Assembly (NCBI GenBank): GCA_964016885.1 | Contig: CAXHJY010001755.1 | Coordinates: forward strand, 1-28,504 | Source: Eledone cirrhosa | Lineage: Eukaryota | Direction: 5' to 3' | Length of the DNA: 28,504 nucleotides | Notes under the pieces: generated by a model | Seen by the model: the letters and a program-made list of their open reading frames with translations, nothing else | Databases searched by the model: none | Told to the model about the DNA's origin: nothing | Shown: positions 25,386 through 28,504 of the stretch, in pieces | How the letters are laid out: each line of letters starts with the position of its first letter | Position numbering within the stretch: position 1 is the first letter of the stretch | Position numbers and translations under genes: made by a program

Positions 25386-25535
25386 GTAGAACCAACTTAA
25401 AACTAGTTAGAAAACTACTCAACAGAGTATTCGATACTTGCGGTGGTAGAATATGGCTGCATCATAAAGAGTATTGCCGAATCAATTAGTACCGAACTCT
25501 ACTGTCGAAACGGCAATAGCTCAGTCATCAGATCC
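25381..25535 (-). mobile_element. Degenerate relative of the 12003-12196 fold-back element
   Basis: gtcgaaacggcaatagctcagtcatc resembles gtcgaaacggcttgagctcagccgtc; residual inverted repeat gagtattgccg/cggcaatagctc; minus tail ttctaccaccgcaagtatcgaatactctg resembles ctctactaccctaagtattgagtactttg; ends in (TA)n. Confidence 0.6.
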
Positions 25536-25749
25536 AGTCGTTGATATTAGTGCTGATCGCTATAGCGATGGTAATGAGGTGAGGATGGGTGATGGGTATT
25601 GATGGTCATGTATTGCTGCCTGAGGTAGTGGTCGTAAGTCGTGATGCTGGTATGTATATCAATTATAGTGACTATGTATGTATGTATGTATGTATGTATG
25701 TATGTATGTATGTCAGGTCACCAGTTGGTGCTACTGGTAACATGTATTC

Positions 25750-26112
25750 CAGTACAACCTGTCCCATGGTCGGGTCGTTGGCGACTAAAGTGGCAACCCC
25801 ACCAAGGTTTCTTGGTGAGTAGGGTGACTTTGGACATCCTGCAGGACTAAAAACAAAACCTGTCAAAGGGCAAAGGAGCTCTTAAGAGTCAATGGCCATC
25901 CAAAATCACCGGGAGAGATGACCCCTTAGCCTTTGTCAAGGCAGAATTCTAGGAGAAGGAAAACTCTGATATAACACCTTGCAACCCTGATGGTATCCAA
26001 TGATGTTGACTTGTTCTTCTTTTTGGTAAATATCATCTTGGTTAAGAGAGTGGGACTGGCTTTGTGCAGTGCCTTTGCTCACTATAAAAGTTTCACGGCA
26101 CAGGCATTGCTT
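25750..26112 (+). mobile_element. Dispersed repeat, RTE-LINE 5'UTR-like, copy 2 (longer)
   Basis: Homologous to 16857-17085 over 25905-26112; contains ggagaaggaaaactctga. The 5' boundary is approximate. Confidence 0.6.
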
Positions 26113-26561
26113 TATATCTGGAGATCTCTCTGCACTTGTCGTCACATGGTACCATGGGCCCAGCACTATGTGTCAATAATTGTCACAAGTGTAGTGTTTG
26201 TACCAGAGTTTTCAAGTCTCTGGCTGGACTAAAAAGTCACAGTCGTTCAGCGCATCGGTAGGGGTTCTCCTACATGGAATTAAAGTAGTGGCCGTACTCG
26301 AAAACGAGTTGGCAGCCACCGTGTACGTACGTATTTCCCGTAGTAGTTGGGATGGTGGTGGATGAGTATAAAAATCTGCTATTATTTCGTTGTTTTCCTC
26401 TCGGTCTAGTAAGGAAGCGGCGGGTGAGTGGTGCATCGTTAAAATAATTGACAGGAGGTCAGCGAGGGATGTTTGAAAAAATAAGTTTATTTCCTTAGAC
26501 ACGCACAGATATACAAAAGTATAAAATATGGAGACTTTCCCTATAATCCGTTCCCCCCCCC

Positions 26562-26604
<43 letters not shown>

Positions 26605-26605
26605 C

Positions 26606-26657
<52 letters not shown>

Positions 26658-26660
26658 GTA

Positions 26661-26731
<71 letters not shown>

Positions 26732-27049
26732 ACATATATATATAAATATAAATATATATATATAAATAAATATATATATAAAGGTATACACTAATACATA
26801 TATAAAGGTATATACATATATATATATTTACACACACACGCACACATATATATATGATGCATATGCATTCATACAAACAAAATGTGTATATACATGTGTG
26901 TGCGTGTGCGTGTGCGTGTGCGTGTGCGTGTGCGTGTGTGTGTGTGTGTGCGTGCGTGCGCGCGTCTTATATTTTGGGAGGTTCACAGTGCGAATAAAAG
27001 CATACACAGTTGAGTTTCACTTCAGTGTTACTATTTGTTAGGTCACTGA

Positions 27050-27240
27050 GGGTGGTTGATTGACAGAATTGGTAGAACGTCGGACAAAAAGCTAATACAG
27101 TATTTTAGTCCGGCTCTTTACATTCTACGTGAAAATTCCACCGGGCCTTCGTCTTTCGTTCTCCGGGAGTCGATAAAATAAAGTACCAGTAATGTGCTGG
27201 GATAATTGCTGACCTTGTACCAAATGTAAAAACAATTATC
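27050..27240 (+). mobile_element. Degenerate short-tail SINE
   Basis: gattgacagaattggtagaacgtcggac head and gagtcgataaaataagtaccag body. Confidence 0.8.
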
Positions 27241-27246
27241 AATTAT

Positions 27247-27719
27247 GGATTGACAATATCGGTAGAGTGTCGGAAAAATATGCTTTGTGGCACAATTGTT
27301 TCTACTTTAGGCACAAGGCCAGTAATCACCCAGTGCATTACTGGTACTTTGTGGCATAATGTTATGTACCTATATGTTCTGAGTTCAAATACCCTCAAGG
27401 TTAGCTTTGCCTTTCATCCTTCCGATGTCGATAAAATAATTGTTTCTACATGTGGCACAAGGCCAGCAATTATCCCAGTCTATTACTGGTACTTTATTTT
27501 ATCGACCCCCGTAAGGATGAAAGGCAAAGTTAACCTCGGCGGGATTTGAACTCAGACCATAAAGGGCCGTAACTCTTTGCTGCAAAGCATGGCGTCCGAC
27601 CCTCTACCCATACTGCCAATCCACCGAAATAATGTACCAGCAACGCACACGGGTCGATTTAATCGACTCTCCCTTCTCCCAAAATTGTTGGCATTGTGCC
27701 TAAATCATAAACTATTATT
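27247..27719 (+). mobile_element. Long-tail host SINE interrupted by two antisense SINE insertions
   Basis: Removing 27293-27356 and 27441-27633 restores a collinear SINE (head, B-box, gtcgataaaataat-gtaccag, gggtcgatttaatcgact, tail). Confidence 0.85.
27441..27626 (-). mobile_element. Near-full-length short-tail SINE with 7-bp TSD aaataat
   Basis: TSD at 27434-27440 and 27627-27633. Confidence 0.9.
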
Positions 27720-27733
27720 TAGTTAGGTAACTA

Positions 27734-27819
27734 ATTCATATCTCAGTTATTTTAGTAACCAAATAGTTATTTTATTATTCATATCTCAGTTATTTTAGTA
27801 ACCAAATAGTTATTTTATT
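27734..27819 (+). repeat. Exact 43-bp tandem duplication
   Basis: attcatatctcagttattttagtaaccaaatagttattttatt twice. Confidence 0.92.
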
Positions 27820-28043
27820 GTCATATTTATATTGGTATTGAACTCAGAACAATGTTGTTGAGAAAATGAATCCCTTAACATCACACATATACATGCGCTT
27901 CACACAAACATATAGAGGCACACACACATACAGACACACATGTCCGTGAGTGTGTGTATGTGTTCATACAAATTCGTTCAGGAAGGAAAGAGAAAGTGAG
28001 TTTGTAAAATATATATACCCACCCACGCGTCTATTTGTGTGTG

Positions 28044-28504
<461 letters not shown>

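Noticed and set aside
25505-25535. Minus-strand CTGATGA at 25525-25531 as an intact hammerhead
   Set aside because: Followed by TTTCGA rather than CGAAA; better explained as the decayed fold-back arm.
26212-26502. 96-aa minus ORF in unique, higher-GC sequence
   Set aside because: No recognisable domain and no convincing splice pair.

Overview
Eukaryotic, very AT-rich non-coding DNA dominated by (TA)n/(CA)n/(GA)n microsatellites, probably intronic or intergenic. The repeat content resembles coleoid cephalopod (Octopus-like) DNA; this is an inference. Nearly all ORFs in the track are microsatellite artefacts. The only recognisable coding sequence is a frameshifted Penelope-like retroelement (PLE) reverse transcriptase at 1-1560 on the minus strand. 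The main signal is a dense set of minimal type-I hammerhead ribozyme (HHR) motifs (CUGANGA...GAAA...NUH), about a dozen intact, partial or degenerate copies in several sequence families. They lie in short PLE pseudo-LTR (pLTR)-like elements that sit in (TA)n tracts, are repeatedly arranged as fold-back or inverted pairs, and share a TYGAGTRCT-like motif near their 3' ends. The window also has many tRNA-derived SINEs (some nested, with target-site duplications, TSDs), MITE-like relics and two weak host-exon candidates. All folds and alignments were done by eye.
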